Shown: piece by piece, positions 24,383 through 37,554 of the stretch | Position numbering within the stretch: the first letter of the stretch is position 1 | How the letters are laid out: each line of letters opens with the position of its first letter | Source: Centroscyllium fabricii | Taxonomy: Eukaryota | Length of the DNA: 64,000 nucleotides | Direction of reading: 5' to 3' | Assembly (NCBI GenBank): GCA_051313645.2 | Contig: JBNRSN020000005.1 | Span: 169,818,001 to 169,882,000, forward strand | The notes under the pieces: generated by a model | Database searches by the model: none | Told to the model about the DNA's origin: nothing | Seen by the model: the letters and a program-made list of their open reading frames with translations, nothing else | Made by a program: the position numbers and the translations under genes

Positions 24383-25703
24383 TGACGTATCGTCAATACC
24401 TTCGATTAAAAGAGTCGACGAGTAGTTACCGAAACTAAAGGCTTTTAATCGCTAAAGAACGGAGCTACCCTCCGGAACGAACTTCAATACAGGAATGAGG
24501 AGCCTTGGTCAGTTTCCACCTATAAAGGGGCCTCACCTGGGGGAGGAGTTAGAGGTGTGGCTGACCTGGCTCCCAACAGTATACAGGGCTGTGCCTTACA
24601 TCTGCACAGCCCATCATTGGTACAACAATTACAGTGGTAAACATATATACAAGGGTTACCACATTCACACCGTGAAAATTTTAAGTCCGGTGGGGAGGTG
24701 AATGTGCTGAACAGTTCATGATCAGTCTTTCCGGCGGTCGTGTCTGCCTGGAGGACCGCCGGCGTTCCGATGTTGGTGGTGGTGCCTCCTGGTTCGCACC
24801 ACTTGCATCTGCCGGTGGTGACTGCTGATCGGGTGCTGTGGCTTCTGGTGGCGATGGATCCGGCTGGTCCCCGCCGTCCGGGTCGTAGTTCTGTACCGGG
24901 AGGCTCAGGGGCCATCGTGTGTCTGGTGGGTTAACTGGATACTGCAGCTGAGCGGCCTGCTGAGCGGCCTGCTGGCCGGCCAGGGGCTCTGCGGTGGTGC
25001 TTCCTGCGGGGGCCAGGTCCCTGATGGACACGGTGTCCTCACGCCCGTCCGGGAACTGCACGAATGCATAGTGGGGGTTCGCGTGTAGGAGCTGTACCTT
25101 GTCCACCAGGGGGTCCGTCTTGTGGCTCCGGACATGTCTTCTAAGCCAAACCGGCCCCGGAGTCGTCAGCCATGGAGGAAGAGCTGTCCCCGAAGTCGAT
25201 TTCCTAGGGAAGGAGAAAATCAGATCGTGCGGGGTGGCGTTAGTAGCGGTACACAATAGAGAGCGTATAGAGTGCAGCGCGTCTGGGAGGACTGCCTGCC
25301 AATGGGACACTGGAAGGCCTCTGGACTTGAGAGCCAGGGTGACCGCCTTCCAGATGATCCCATTCTCCCTTTCTACCTGGCCGTTCCCCCGGGGGTTATA
25401 ACTGGTCGTTCTGCTCGTGGCAACCCCTTTCTGGAGCAGGAACTGGCGCAGTTCATCGCTCATGAACGATGACCCCCGGTCGCTATGGATGTAGCTGGGA
25501 AGACCGAAAATGGTGAATACAGGAATGAGGAGCCTCGGTCAGTTTCCACCTATAAAGGGGCCTCACCTGGGGGAGGAGTTAGAGGTGTGGCTGACCTGGC
25601 TCCCAACAGCATTACACAGTATACAGGGCTGTGCCTTACATCTGCACAGCCCATCATTGGTACAACAATTACAGTGGTAAACATATATACAAGGGTTACC
25701 ACA
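24383..25703 (-). mobile_element. Internally deleted Gypsy/Ty3 LTR retrotransposon
   Basis: TG...CA ends; 5-bp TSD ATCAC at 24378-24382 and 25704-25708; full 3' LTR 24383-24663 and partial 5' LTR 25516-25703, nearly identical. Confidence 0.92.
24681..25515 (-). pseudogene. Gypsy integrase C-terminal half
   Basis: ..SDRGSSFMSDELRQFL..SRTTSYNPRGNGQVERENG..WQAVLPDALHSIRSLLCTATNATPH..; open to its stop; 5' end fused to the LTR. Confidence 0.88.
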
Positions 25704-26542
25704 ATCACGTTTTCAACAACTTGTAAAAACAAGTGTTATGTTTTCCTATTTTATTCTGAGACTCATCATTTTGCATATGTGACACACTGACCACGTTAAG
25801 GCAAACAGGTAGTTGGGAGTAGGCAACCATCGACTGGTCTGCCTTTCCATATTCAAATACAACTTCTTCAAAATTATTACTTTTCTTTCTGACTGCAAGA
25901 AGCAGGACTGATCTCCAAATAAAAACTATGCACTTACAATCTCGTAATCTTGCTGGGGAGAAATGTGACTGATTGGTAGAAAAAATGGCATTTTTCAACA
26001 GCTTGGTTTTTGGCCCAGGGTTGCAAGGCCAGCAGGCAGGTTCAGGATTCAGCAGCCAACATTAAATGATGGGCACTACAACACCACCACCGTTGTATAG
26101 ACATGCTGCAGGGACAGCACTGATGGGAGAGAGTAACTACAGTGCGGCAAGTTTACATAGGCAAAACCCATTATAAACGCGGTCGGGAATTTATAATTAG
26201 CAAAAAGTTAACACAAAATGTGCAAAATTGGGACAACAGGAAGTGAGGTTGTGCAAAGAGGAACTGCATACAAACGTAAGATTTTTAATATATAAAGACG
26301 GACATAGTGTATACATCAATCCCTCGTCACCATTTTGTACCCATGATGACCTGCTCTACAAGTTTCTCACCTGCAATTAAAGGACATAAACATGTATGAG
26401 TTGCAACTCGCTCACCAGATTTTCTAATAAATTAATTTACTGAATGCACAAACAATGTTGATTTTTTTTTGCCCCAAGTTAAGCAGTTGCTTAACTTGGA
26501 TTCAAGTCAATCGCCAATATCTCCTTTCATTGGTGGTTCCTG

Positions 26543-27357
26543 TTGGCTTTTATTGCTAAGGGGATTGAGTATAAAAGCAGGGAGGTCTTGCTGCAGTTGT
26601 ACAGGTTATTGGTGAGACCACCTGGAATATTGCATTCAGTTCTGGTATCCCTATTTAAGGACATACTTGCTCTCGAGGCAGTGCAGAGAAGGTTCACTAG
26701 GTTAATTCCGGGGATGAGGGGGCTAACATATGACGAGAGGCTGAGTAGATTGGGCCTCTACTCATTGGAGTTCAGAAGAATGAGAGGCGATCTTATTGAC
26801 ACATACAAGATTGTGAGAGGGCTTGATCGGGTGGATGCAGTGAGGATGTTCCCAATGGTGGGTGAAACTAGGACTAGGGGGCATAATCTTAAAATAAGGG
26901 GCTGCCATTTCAAAACTGAGATGAGGAGAAACTTCTTCACTTAGAGGGTGGTGGGGCTGTGGAATTTGCTGCCCCAGAGAGCTGTGGAAGCCACTACATT
27001 GAATAAATTTAAAACAGAGATAGATAGTTTCCTGGAATTAAAGGGAATTAGGGGTTATGGTGAGCGGGCAGGTAAGTGGACGTGAGGCTAGGTTCAGATC
27101 GGCCATGTGATCTCCTGGACCAGTTTTCGATCGCCTAGATGGGTCGGAGAGGAATTTTCCTGATTTTTTCCTCCCAAATTGGCTACTGGGTGTTTTATCT
27201 GGTTTTTCGCCTCTCCCAGGTGATCACATGGGTCTGGGCGGGGTGGAGAGTAAAAATAAAATTGAGGTTAGGATCAGATCAGCCATGATCTTGTTGAATG
27301 GCGAAGCAGGCTCGAGGGGCCGATTGGCCTACTCCTGCTCCTATTTCTTATGTTCTT
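26543..27357 (+). mobile_element. CR1 LINE 3' end with two successive tails
   Basis: AFIAKGIEYKSREVLLQLYR...LEFRRMRGDLI..RTRGHNLKIRG; tail cctactcctgctcctatttcttatgttc. Confidence 0.88.
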
Positions 27358-29484
27358 AAGTTCTTGTGGAGCCTCACTTAGTTCAAGCACAGAGTGGAGA
27401 CACAGAAGATCCATAGATTGCGTTCATTCATCTTTGGTCCAGTTGAGTTCCAATAGGAGCCTTGCCTTGGAAACGTTACCCCTATGTTCAACTAAGAGAG
27501 GAAAATGCCTTATTTATACATTCTTGTGGTCAATGCATCTCTAGATTATTCCAAATTGCTCTCTGCAGATCAAATTTGTGAAGAAGTTATTGTGTTGCTA
27601 TCAGATTACATGCAGTGTCAGACTAAGTGTTCATTGTACAGTATCTTTAAAATCCACAGAAAAGCCTACAAACCATAACTAGATATAAAGTAGTCTGCAT
27701 GAGTTTTCAACAGCGGTCTCCTTTCCAACAAATTATGGATCTTCACATCAAAACATGCATCTAATAATAGTCACCAAGTGACAGGAAGGAACCCTATTGT
27801 CAAAGTCAATATGTCAGTGGGTTTAAAGTAGCCTCCATTGCCTTTTCTCATTTATAGTCTTGTGTGGATTGTATCCGAATCTCCATGTTTACAAATACAA
27901 AGTGAAGCCTGTTAGGTGACAAATCCAAAAGTAAGAATTACTTCAGGAGATCCTGCAGAGAGGCCATTGCCTCTTTGAAAGCATCTCTCTCTGCCATGGC
28001 CATGTTTGTGCCTTCATTGGCACTGCTAGCCTCCAAAAATGTAGCAAGCTGAAAACACCATTCAGGCCTATTTTAACTAATACACTGTTTTCATTTAATA
28101 GAGGTTCCAGTTTTAAAAAGAATGCACAGGCACTTGTGACACACTTATGAATGGAAGTATTTTATGACTCTGATCGTTTAGGCTGGTTGAGCTTGTGTGT
28201 GTGTAGGTCAGCAGTTCAAACTTTCTGGTGAATTACAAAGTCATCTGCAGGTAGGTTCTCCATTGGATTGGTTTGTCCTGGCTAACAGAGTGACAGTATT
28301 TATCAAACTTAACTGAAAACCTTGCTCTCCATCTTCATTCCCAAAATCTCATCACATTTTGTAGAATGTCAGTCTCTATTCTGGGCAGAGTGAGGCCCTC
28401 AGGAGTTGATATATTAGGGCCCCATAAATCCATGGAGGTTGCACCAGTTTCCTGCCATAATTCCAGGGAGATTGCCAGAACACACTAGAAAACAGCAAGG
28501 GTCCGATTGTGCCAGATCTTCATTGTTTCAGGGATTTTCCTGCATGCCTGATAAGAGGCAGAACCTCCAAGTAACCAAAAACTTAATTTAAAAAGCTATC
28601 GTCAGTATTTCCTGTTTAAATGCGGCCAAAAATGTCATTGTGACGTCTTGTGGCTGAAGCTGTCACATGTCTTGCTAATTTATGACTCCTGTACCAGCAT
28701 AAAACATGGCAACAAGGAACTCCCAATGGACGCTGATAAAAGTAAATGTTCAGTGTCTAGCATGGATCCATCATAACTACATTATGTATCACTATAATAA
28801 AAATACAAATTGCTTCAAATTACCCAGCAAACAATCAAAGGCGCTTACTTCACTGTCACATCACCTCAAACTTCTTTCTACATCCTTTAAGCAGTGTTAC
28901 CAATTTCAAGTCTCTAAATATTCTCAGGTTCAACGTCACTAATTTTTCCCCAAATGGATCCAGCGTTTGTCATGAAGAGTCTATCTTTACTGCCCAATAT
29001 CTAGTCATGTGATGGCGTTTGAGTACACGAACAAGGATGTCTTGCTGCAGTGTACAGGGCCTTGGTGAGACCATATCTTGAGTATTGTGTGCAATTTGGT
29101 CGCCTTATCTAAGGAAGGATGTTCTTGCCATGGATGGGGTGCAGCTAAGATTCACCAGGCTGATACGTGGGATGGCAGGAATGATGTATGAGGAGAGATT
29201 GGGTCAATTGGGCTTGTACTCGCTGGAGCTTTGAAGAATGTGAGGGAATCTCATTGAAACTTATAAAATTCTAACAGGACTAGACAGACTAGATGCAGGA
29301 AGGATGTTCCCGATGGTGGGTGAGTCCAGAACCAGGGGTCACAGTCTAAGGATAAGGGGTAAGCCATTTAGGACAGAGATCAGGAGGAACTTCTTCACCC
29401 AGAGTGGTGAACCTGTGGAATTCTCTACCACAGAAGGCAGTAGAGGTCAATTCATTAAATATATTAAAGAAGGAGTTGGATATA

Positions 29485-30618
29485 CAGGTACACAATCCCT
29501 TATCCGAAACCCTTGGGACCAGATGGGTTTCGGTTTTCGGGATTTTTCGGTTTTCGGAATGGTGCCCAGTGTGCATGCCTGAGATGTATTTTTTTCCCCC
29601 AAGAGTTAAGTAAAGATAATGGGGTTCCTTTCGTTTTTATTGCTGAGAGACTCCCTACAGAATTGCTACCTTACATCTGCAGAGATCTTCCCCAGATTGC
29701 TGCTTGAAGCATCCTCTGGTACACATCGTTATTCTGAATTTACATCAAGCCTCATCCACCGCACGGTGGCATAGTGGTTAGCACTGTTGCCTCACAGCTC
29801 TGGAGACCCGGGTTCAAATCTGGCCTCGGGTACTATCTGTGTGGAGTTTGCACATTCTCCCCGTGTCTGCATGGGTTTCCTCCGGGTGCTCCGGTTTCCT
29901 CCCACAGTCCAAAGATGTGGTTAGCTTGATTGGCCAGGGTAAATTGACCCTTAGTGTTAGGGGGATTAAATATGTGGGGTTACGGGGATAGGGTGGGATA
30001 TGTGTCAGTGTAGGCTCGAGAGGGATCGAGGGAGAGGGCAGGGGCAGGGTGCTGGGTTTGGATGATCAGCTATGATCTCGTTGAATGGCGGAGCAGGCTC
30101 GATGGACCGAATGGCCTACTCCTGCTCCTATGACTTTCTATGACCTCCCCAAGTGGACAGTGGATGAGGCGAGCCGCCCCCCGCCCCATCTCACCCTGTG
30201 CGTCAGCAAGTCCGGAAAGGAAATCGGAGCGAGTGCAGCAGGAAGCACATAAAACATCAAGGTCGAGTCTCCAAATACAATATTTTCTTCGGCCTGAGAG
30301 GAAACCCTATACAGGTATACAATACTAAACAGTACCCAAAAAAAGTCAATCCGAACATTCATTCAAATGATGCTGCGAAAATAGAACCAGTTCAAAATTA
30401 ATGAAGGGCAAATTGAGGGTTGAAAGCAGGAAGCTTTTTTTCAAGCAAGACGTGATTAACACTTAGTAGGACACCATTCAGCCCGTTATTCAGGTCCAGC
30501 AACATCTTGAAATTAAAATCCTCATCCTTGTTTGGCGCAACTCGGGTCATGTGACGCTCCGAAAAAACTTTTGGTTTTCGGAGCTTTTTGGAGTTGCGGA
30601 TAAGGGATTGTGTACCTG
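29485..30618. mobile_element. Tigger/pogo-like non-autonomous DNA transposon
   Basis: TIR CAGGTACACAATCCCTTATCCG / CGGATAAGGGATTGTGTACCTG; flanks TA and TG. Confidence 0.85.
29760..30142 (+). mobile_element. HE1/V-SINE-like element nested in the Tigger-like element
   Basis: gcacggtggcatagtggttagcac head, V core, CR1-type tail. Confidence 0.85.
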
Positions 30619-33242
30619 TGTTTCTTAAGGCTAAAGCGATCAAGGGATATGGGGAGAAAGCAGGGACAGGGTACTGAATTTGGATGATCAGCCATGATCG
30701 CATTGAATGGCGGATCAGGCTCGAGGGGCCGAATGGCCTACTCCTGCTCCTATCTTCTATGTTTCTATGTGTGCCCTAAGCCTGTAACAATAAAGCCCCA
30801 TCTTAAATGAACGGGATATTCTAATCTCGCACATGTCCTCACATCCCCATATGCATACCTCCTATCTTCTGAAAGAGTGCAAATCAACCAACTGGTTTAT
30901 TGTACAATTATTAAGTGAACGAAGAGAAAAACATCTGTAGCAACCTCACTGCACTTTGATTTAACACTATCATTACTAGAGATAAAAGAAACGATCAAAC
31001 TGTCACTCTGTCTCGGTCAGCGAGCTAAATACTTACTTCTACTCGTCAGCCTTTTCTGAATCTGACTGGCTCCATCTTAATATGGCTTTTGGTGCCTCAC
31101 TCAGAAGATCTAATAAATTGTTGTGCTGATCACATGTCCATATCCTCTTGTGGGACAAAATGTCAAGGGAGTGATCTCTGACTCTTCCTCTATCTGGGAA
31201 TTGGCCAGCCAGTAAAAAGTGGCGGAAAACACAGGAAAATTGGGCAGCAAGGCATACTGCTATATTACTGCCCTGACTGTAATTTTCTCTTCCCACCCCA
31301 GCCACAATGGCTGCCGGTCCATTGCATATAATTGACGGTGGGGAGTTGCGGCTGGGCTAGCTGCCCAATTTCCCTGCCTTCTGCCCATGCCACTTCTGTC
31401 TCCGAGACCAATAGGAGATGGGTGGCAGTATTCGCTGTGGTGGTAAGACTTGATGCCCATTATCGAGGGGACCTTTGCCTTCCTTACCTTTGTTAGGCCT
31501 CGGCTCAGTCAGAGGCTGTTAGCCTCACCGTTACTTTTACTGCAAAAGATGGGCCATAGTCTTTTTTTAATTTGCAGAAATGCAGAATTTTTAATTAACT
31601 GCAAAAGGTTACTTTCATTATTAAATTAATATTGTATGAGAATTACTAGAAAACATTGCGAAGATAGGTATTAAAAAAATCATAGTTACTTTTATAAAAA
31701 AACAAAAATTAATTCAAAATACATACTGATTTTTAAAGGCTTGTTTGAAATAAACTTTAATGCTTCTTGATTTGATTCTGCTACTGCAATAGATCAACAA
31801 TCGTGATATGTTTTGCTATGATTATTGCACTAAAATTTTCAATGTGACATCTCATCAATTCAAAGTCAAATATTAAATATACCATTATGGTATATTTAAC
31901 AAACTCTGATTAATGCATCCTTAAATTATAATAGATGTCTCTTAATAGCTGTAGTGACAAACTTTGTACCACAGATGTTCACTCCATATGACCATACAAG
32001 AAAAATAAATGGAGCACAATATACAAAAGATCAGTAACGTGACATCATATAGTTGTAACATTTAATACAGGACATTACAATGTAGTAACATGATAGTATT
32101 GGCAGACAAGACATCTTAGACCCATTCGATGCTGAGCAAATACATGTCTAATATTATGAACTTTCATTGCACATGAGAAAATTACAGCTAGCCCTAGCAG
32201 GATGTAGTATGTTCCAACATGTAGAGTGCTACCTAGATGTGATCAGTGGAGGGGAGAACATTCAATTTTCAGATATCTGTATCACAACGTTGAAAATATA
32301 ATCAACAGTTAAGTCTGCGGAAAGTACCAAGATTGGACACCTTGTTACGTGAAGCTCCATTTTGAACAAACAACAATGCTTCTTTTTTGCTTCTCTACTT
32401 ACAAACCTCTTATCTACCACAATATTGTACTGTATATGTTAGATTATAAACATAATAAGGCAATACTGAAAGAATTCCCAAGGCAATTTATGTCATTAAC
32501 CAAATTGTTCTAAACTTTGAATACAGGATTATTAAACTTTTGAGTTAAATGTTACACCAACCATTTAAATATCTTAAAATAAATTTAAAATTAATCTAGG
32601 GATACAACATAGCCATCTTCACAGGAAACATGTTACTAATTATACTTCCCTAGTATTACAAGAAATATAAATGAATTTTAAGGTATAGATGAGGTTATTT
32701 CTAAGATTTCAAACAAATGTACAGTTCCATTTTAGAACCTTACAACTGCTCACTGCATCAATGAAGCAAACTTTCTTCACCGACCACTCCTTACTGGTAA
32801 GTTGTTTTAATATATGGAAGAAAACAATGATTTTGATGAAAACAGTTAGTTCCTGTAATACTTGACAATGCCACAGTGATACCCTGATCTCCAACAGCAA
32901 GGTACAAAAAAATACTTCCACTGTAGGAAATAATAGAAGTATGAAATTGATTACCTATTATGCTTCACTAATACCAAATTTATGATAGACTTAGATATTT
33001 CAGGTTTGTATTAATGCACTAACTACAGAATTTGTGCCTGATGCACAACAAAGATCTAAAAATTAGTGTGGCTTATCACTGTATATTCGACTAACTGAAT
33101 GGTATGTATGTGGTGTACATGGTTAAACTATTAACTTTTTACAGATACAGTTCATTAGAAATAAAAATATACCCTATTTTTCACCATAAATTTGAAGACA
33201 ATACATATTGTGTGTTGTGTCCACCTGTTTCAGTAACATTGG

Positions 33243-33422
33243 TCAGTGACCTGGTTGCATGCCCTCCACTGGTCGTTCATTCCGCATATTCATCCAGCTA
33301 ACAGGTACAGGGTCATCGGAGAGGCACACATCTGCTAAAGTTTCAATTTTTGACCAATTATGATCTTTCTTTGAGGTAAGATCAATCAAGTAGGATCGCC
33401 AGTGGGCATTTCGGTCATGCAC
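33243..33422 (-). CDS. GZF1-like paralog, terminal coding exon
   Basis: ttttag|GTG CAT GAC... encodes VHDRNAHWRSYLIDLTSKKDHNWSKIETLADVCLSDDPVPVSWMNMRNERPVEGMQPGH*; resembles the GZF1 tail IHDKNTPWKSFL. TGA at 33245-33243, followed by AT-rich 3'UTR-like sequence. Confidence 0.85.
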   Translation of the reverse strand: MHDRNAHWRSYLIDLTSKKDHNWSKIETLADVCLSDDPVPVSWMNMRNERPVEGMQPGH

Positions 33423-34819
33423 CTAAAAGCAAAACACAATACAGACAGAAAAATGAACCTGGAATTACACCTGTTAATTCATGTAACAAATGTTTTATTA
33501 CCAATTCATTAAACTGCAACTCCTTTTTTAAAGGAGGTACTCAGCAGGAACCAGACAACATACCAGATATACAATACTAAAGGTCTTCCATATACATGAA
33601 GTGCATTAGCTCTCTTGATGGCCAAATGGGTAAAATATTGTCTGGGATCAGAATTAGCTATATAGAACAAGGTTCAACTCCTGATCTGCATTGAATTAAC
33701 TGAACAGGCTGTATACCAGTTTGGGCACACAATTACCAACAGCACTTCTGGGTGAGGAAGAGAATATCAGCAGGGTTTCTGTTCCTGATTGCTATCAGCT
33801 GAAAAGTGTTTTAAGCGAGAACAACATTTGGCTTGGTTCTGATACCCCCCAAGAAGGAATAGCCTGCTGCTATTCACTAACTAGGTTCACACATGAAAAA
33901 CGGCTAGCTGGTTGAGGTGCCAGAGGGAATCCCAACAAGGGTAAGGCATCCGAAGTGAAGGGAATTTTTACGGCATTAGGTATGGAAGGGAAAATCATTG
34001 AGGGTTACCTCTCCTGATAGCTATTCAGCGACACCTTCTGAAAGTGTGCATGTGTGGATGCCAAGCAAGGACAGGACTGGACTCAATTACGATGTCTTCA
34101 CTGTAAACCAGCACTCAATGTCAAGTAGACACATGAATAATGGCCACCTGAGGGCAACCTCCACCATGTAACTGTACCTAGTTATGAGGCTTGATGTGTT
34201 CAGGAAAGGTCAAAAGTATCAGTAAAAAAAAACAATAGGCCTGGAATGATAGTCATTGCACCAAGACCAAAAAATATGAATAGAAATGAGGGTCGCCAAA
34301 AAATAAAATGAGACCATATATACCAAGCAGCTTGTAATGTCCCTATTTTAATCTGTGAAACACTAATTTACCTGTTCCTTATCCATGTTAAAAAGACTGA
34401 TAACCCACTGACTACACCTCTGCTTCCCAGGTGCCTCTGTACATATTATAAGCAATAAATAGTTACTGATGAGTTTGGCGCTTCTAGTTAACACAGAAAC
34501 TAGTAAAGAAACATGTTGAAACTTATAAGAATAAACAGCTGAGTACCAAACTTCTGCAGGAACTATTAACTTAATTGGAACTGCAGCTGGCATTTATGTT
34601 TAACACTGTTGCAAGTGTTCACAAACTGGAGACTGACTTGATATTAAACACATCAATCTCTTCAAACATTAGTGACAATATAGTAGGATGGCGGAATTAT
34701 GTATCACACTAAATATGTGTTGATCTTTACAACCCAAATCATCGGAAAAAGGTACAATTTGTAGCTATAAATGCATCTACTGGCCTTTCCTATCTACCTG
34801 GCAATGAACACACTTAGAA

Positions 34820-35567
34820 GAAACACCTGCCCTTTTACCTCCTCCCTCCCACTGTCCAGGGCCCCAAACACCCCTTCCAGGTCAAACAGTGATTTACTTG
34901 TACTTCTTGCAATCTCGTATACTGTATTTGCTGCTCACGATGCGGTCTCCTCTACATTGGGGAGCCCAAACGCAGATTGGGTGACCGTTTTACGGAACAC
35001 ATCATTCAGTCCGTAAGGGTGACTCTGAGCTTCCGGTCGCCTGTCACTTTAATTCTCCGCTCCACTCCCACTCTGACCTCACCGTCCTCGGCCTCTTACA
35101 CGGTTCCAATGAAGCTCAATGTAAGCTCGAGGAACAGCACCTCATCATTCGATTAGGCACTTTACAGCCTGCTGGACTCTACATCGAGTTCAATAATTTC
35201 AGACCATAATCTCTGCCCCTATCTTTTTTCTCTCTGTCTCTCACATGGCAGCTGTTGATCATCCTGCCATTGCCATTTAAACTTCACCTAGAGTCACATT
35301 TTGTTTAACTTGTCCCATTACCATCTCATTTTGCCTCGCACCACCATCCCTTTTGTCTATGAATCTCTCCTGCCTTCCATCCTATCACAGACCTTCCCTT
35401 TTGTTCTTTCCTCCCCTCCCAGCTTTCCCTCCCCCTGCACTTGCTTAAAAACCTGTTGCATCTCCAACTTTTTCCAGTTCTGACAAAGGGTCATCGACCT
35501 GAAACATTAACTCTGTTTCTCTCCTCAGATGCTGCCTGACCCGCTGAGTATTTTCAGCATTTCTGTT
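34820..35567 (+). mobile_element. Penelope-like element 3' end
   Basis: FQVKQ*FTCTSCNLVYCICCSRCGLLYIGEPKRRLGDRFTEH (GIY-YIG type) and KLEEQHLIIRLGTLQPAG; degenerate hammerhead motif near 35475-35512. Confidence 0.85.
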
Positions 35568-35741
35568 ACAGGCGGAGTGTATCCGAAACAACCAGAATAC
35601 TACTGCAGCAATATATATATATATTTTTATGTAAGATAATGAATTAGGTCAAGCCAGGAGCTAATAGTCAATAGATACGCAAATTTGGCCCAGCCAGAAA
35701 CATGATTTGACATTTTCATTTTGCTCTTAACGAAATGGATA

Positions 35742-36110
35742 GATCATCATTGAGGTGTACAAAATTATGCGGGGCATAGATAGGGTAGATAGAAAGGAAC
35801 TTTTTCCCTTAGTAGAGGGGTCAATAACAAGGGGGCATAGTTTCAAGGTAAGGGGCAGGAGGTTTAGAGGGGATTTGAGGAAGAACTTTTTCACCCCGAG
35901 GGTGGCTGGAATCTGGAACTCACTGTCTGAAAGGGTGGTAGAGGCAGGAACCTTCACGACATTCAAGAAGCATTTTGATGAGCACTTGAAATGCCATCGC
36001 ATACAAGGCGACAGACCAAGTGTTGGAAAATGGGATTAGAATAGACAGGGCTCGACGGCCAGTGTGGACACGATGGGCCTCTTTCTGTGCTGTATAACTC
36101 TATGACTATC
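35742..36110 (+). mobile_element. CR1 LINE 3' fragment
   Basis: YKIMRGIDRVDRKELFPLVEGSITRGHSFKVRG..KNFFTPRVAGIWNSL; (actctatg)n tail. Confidence 0.85.
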
Positions 36111-37245
36111 ATAAATATTTCTGTTTAGAACTATATTTCTTACTAAAATGCCACACAGATTACATACAGGGAAACTTGAACAGTTATTTTATTTAGGAGG
36201 ATGCTGGGAATTTACCAATATGAAGTGGCACACCATATTAAAAGAGGGCGTGGAAAACACTGGCTTATATTTATTTTTATTTTTGGAGGGGGTGCATGTG
36301 GTAATATTTTGGAAGCTAACAATTTTTGGAGTATATGTTAGGACAATGTGTGAGTGTTTTTTGATTCTATAAAAATGAATTTACTTGGGAAGAGTAAGGG
36401 ACATTATGTATGCTATGTTAATCAAGGTCAGTGATACAGCTAATCTTTGGCATGTTTTTAGGATTAACACTTCTACAAGGGGGACAAATTAGGGCATGGC
36501 ATTTGTACATCTAGACCTTTCAGCAGTGCTCCCAAAATCATTCTGCCTGAAATACTGATAAAGGTGGCAATTTAATTCATTAAAAAAGCTAACATATTAT
36601 GAGAAACACAGAATACAATTTACAAAAGAAATTTGCAATAGTACAAATATTATGCTAAAAATTATCTGCAGGTTTAGTTTTCAGTTTAGCTCAATTTGTA
36701 TCACTCGCACCTTCGAGTCAGACGTTCTCAATTCATGCCGCACATCAGAACTTGAACACAGTCTAGGCTAACACTTCAGTAGAGCAGTGAGCGAGTGCTG
36801 CACTGTTGGAGGTGCAGTCTTTCGGGGGAGAGGTTTGTTCAAAGATTAGAAGGCATCAAATGGCGCATGATTTCTCAAAAAAAGAGGAAAGTAACCAAGT
36901 AACTATATGCCAGTGAGTTTGTCAGTTGTGGGAAAATTGCTAGAATCTATTATTGGAGCAGAGTAAGTGTACACTTGGAAATAAACAAGTTGATTCAGGA
37001 AAGTCAACATCCATTTGTGAAAGAAAAGTCATCCTAGGCTTCCTGCTACTCCCACCAATGTTCTGGCAGTTGGAGCCAGACAGCATATTGGGGATGCAGC
37101 AGAGGCCATTTCCCGCCTCCTTGCAGTTGCCCATTGGCTGGTCCTTCAAGGGGAAACTGCAGATGCTCAAATATGGGTAGGTGCATGGTTAATTGTCTGT
37201 ACTGTGTTTCCCACCAGTTACAATCTTAGCATCTTGGATGCACGG

Positions 37246-37554
37246 TGATGCACGATCAATTATACTTGAGATGAGGTTAAGAATATAACTAAGGCTTTTA
37301 TTACCAAAAGAACTGGAGTACAGGTCTTGTCACTAACTGGTCCCGAAATGCCATGAGGTCAGCCGTGCTGCCACCTTTATACGGCAGTCTGTGGGTGGAG
37401 CCAGGAAGCGGAGCCAGCTGAGTCCTCCCAGGTGGATCTCCGGTAGGCAAGAGGTGACCTATACCACACAGTGCACTAAATACATTACAGAGCAATACCG
37501 TGGTTCACCACACGTCACTATATACAGTACAGAGCAATACAGTGGTTCACCACA
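37246..37554 (-). mobile_element. Solo LTR (Gypsy-like)
   Basis: Minus strand TGTGGTGAACC...CGTGCATCA with AATAAA; TSD CACGG / CATGG; organisation similar to the LTR at 24383-24663. Confidence 0.7.

Larger units (their letters stand above)
29010..30770 (+). mobile_element. CR1 LINE 3' end interrupted at 29485-30618
   Basis: Same family as 16565-17720; the sequence resumes exactly (aaggagttggata...tttcttaaggctaaag). Confidence 0.88.

Noticed and set aside
27400-28980. Repeat-poor intergenic stretch with TTTATGAC (HOX/CDX-like) motifs as a possible enhancer
   Set aside because: Short motifs expected by chance; cannot be supported without conservation or chromatin data.
29760-29830. tRNA-like sequences (also ~1935, ~6925-6995, ~53570-53640, ~61025)
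   Set aside because: SINE heads continuous with SINE bodies and tails, not free tRNA genes.
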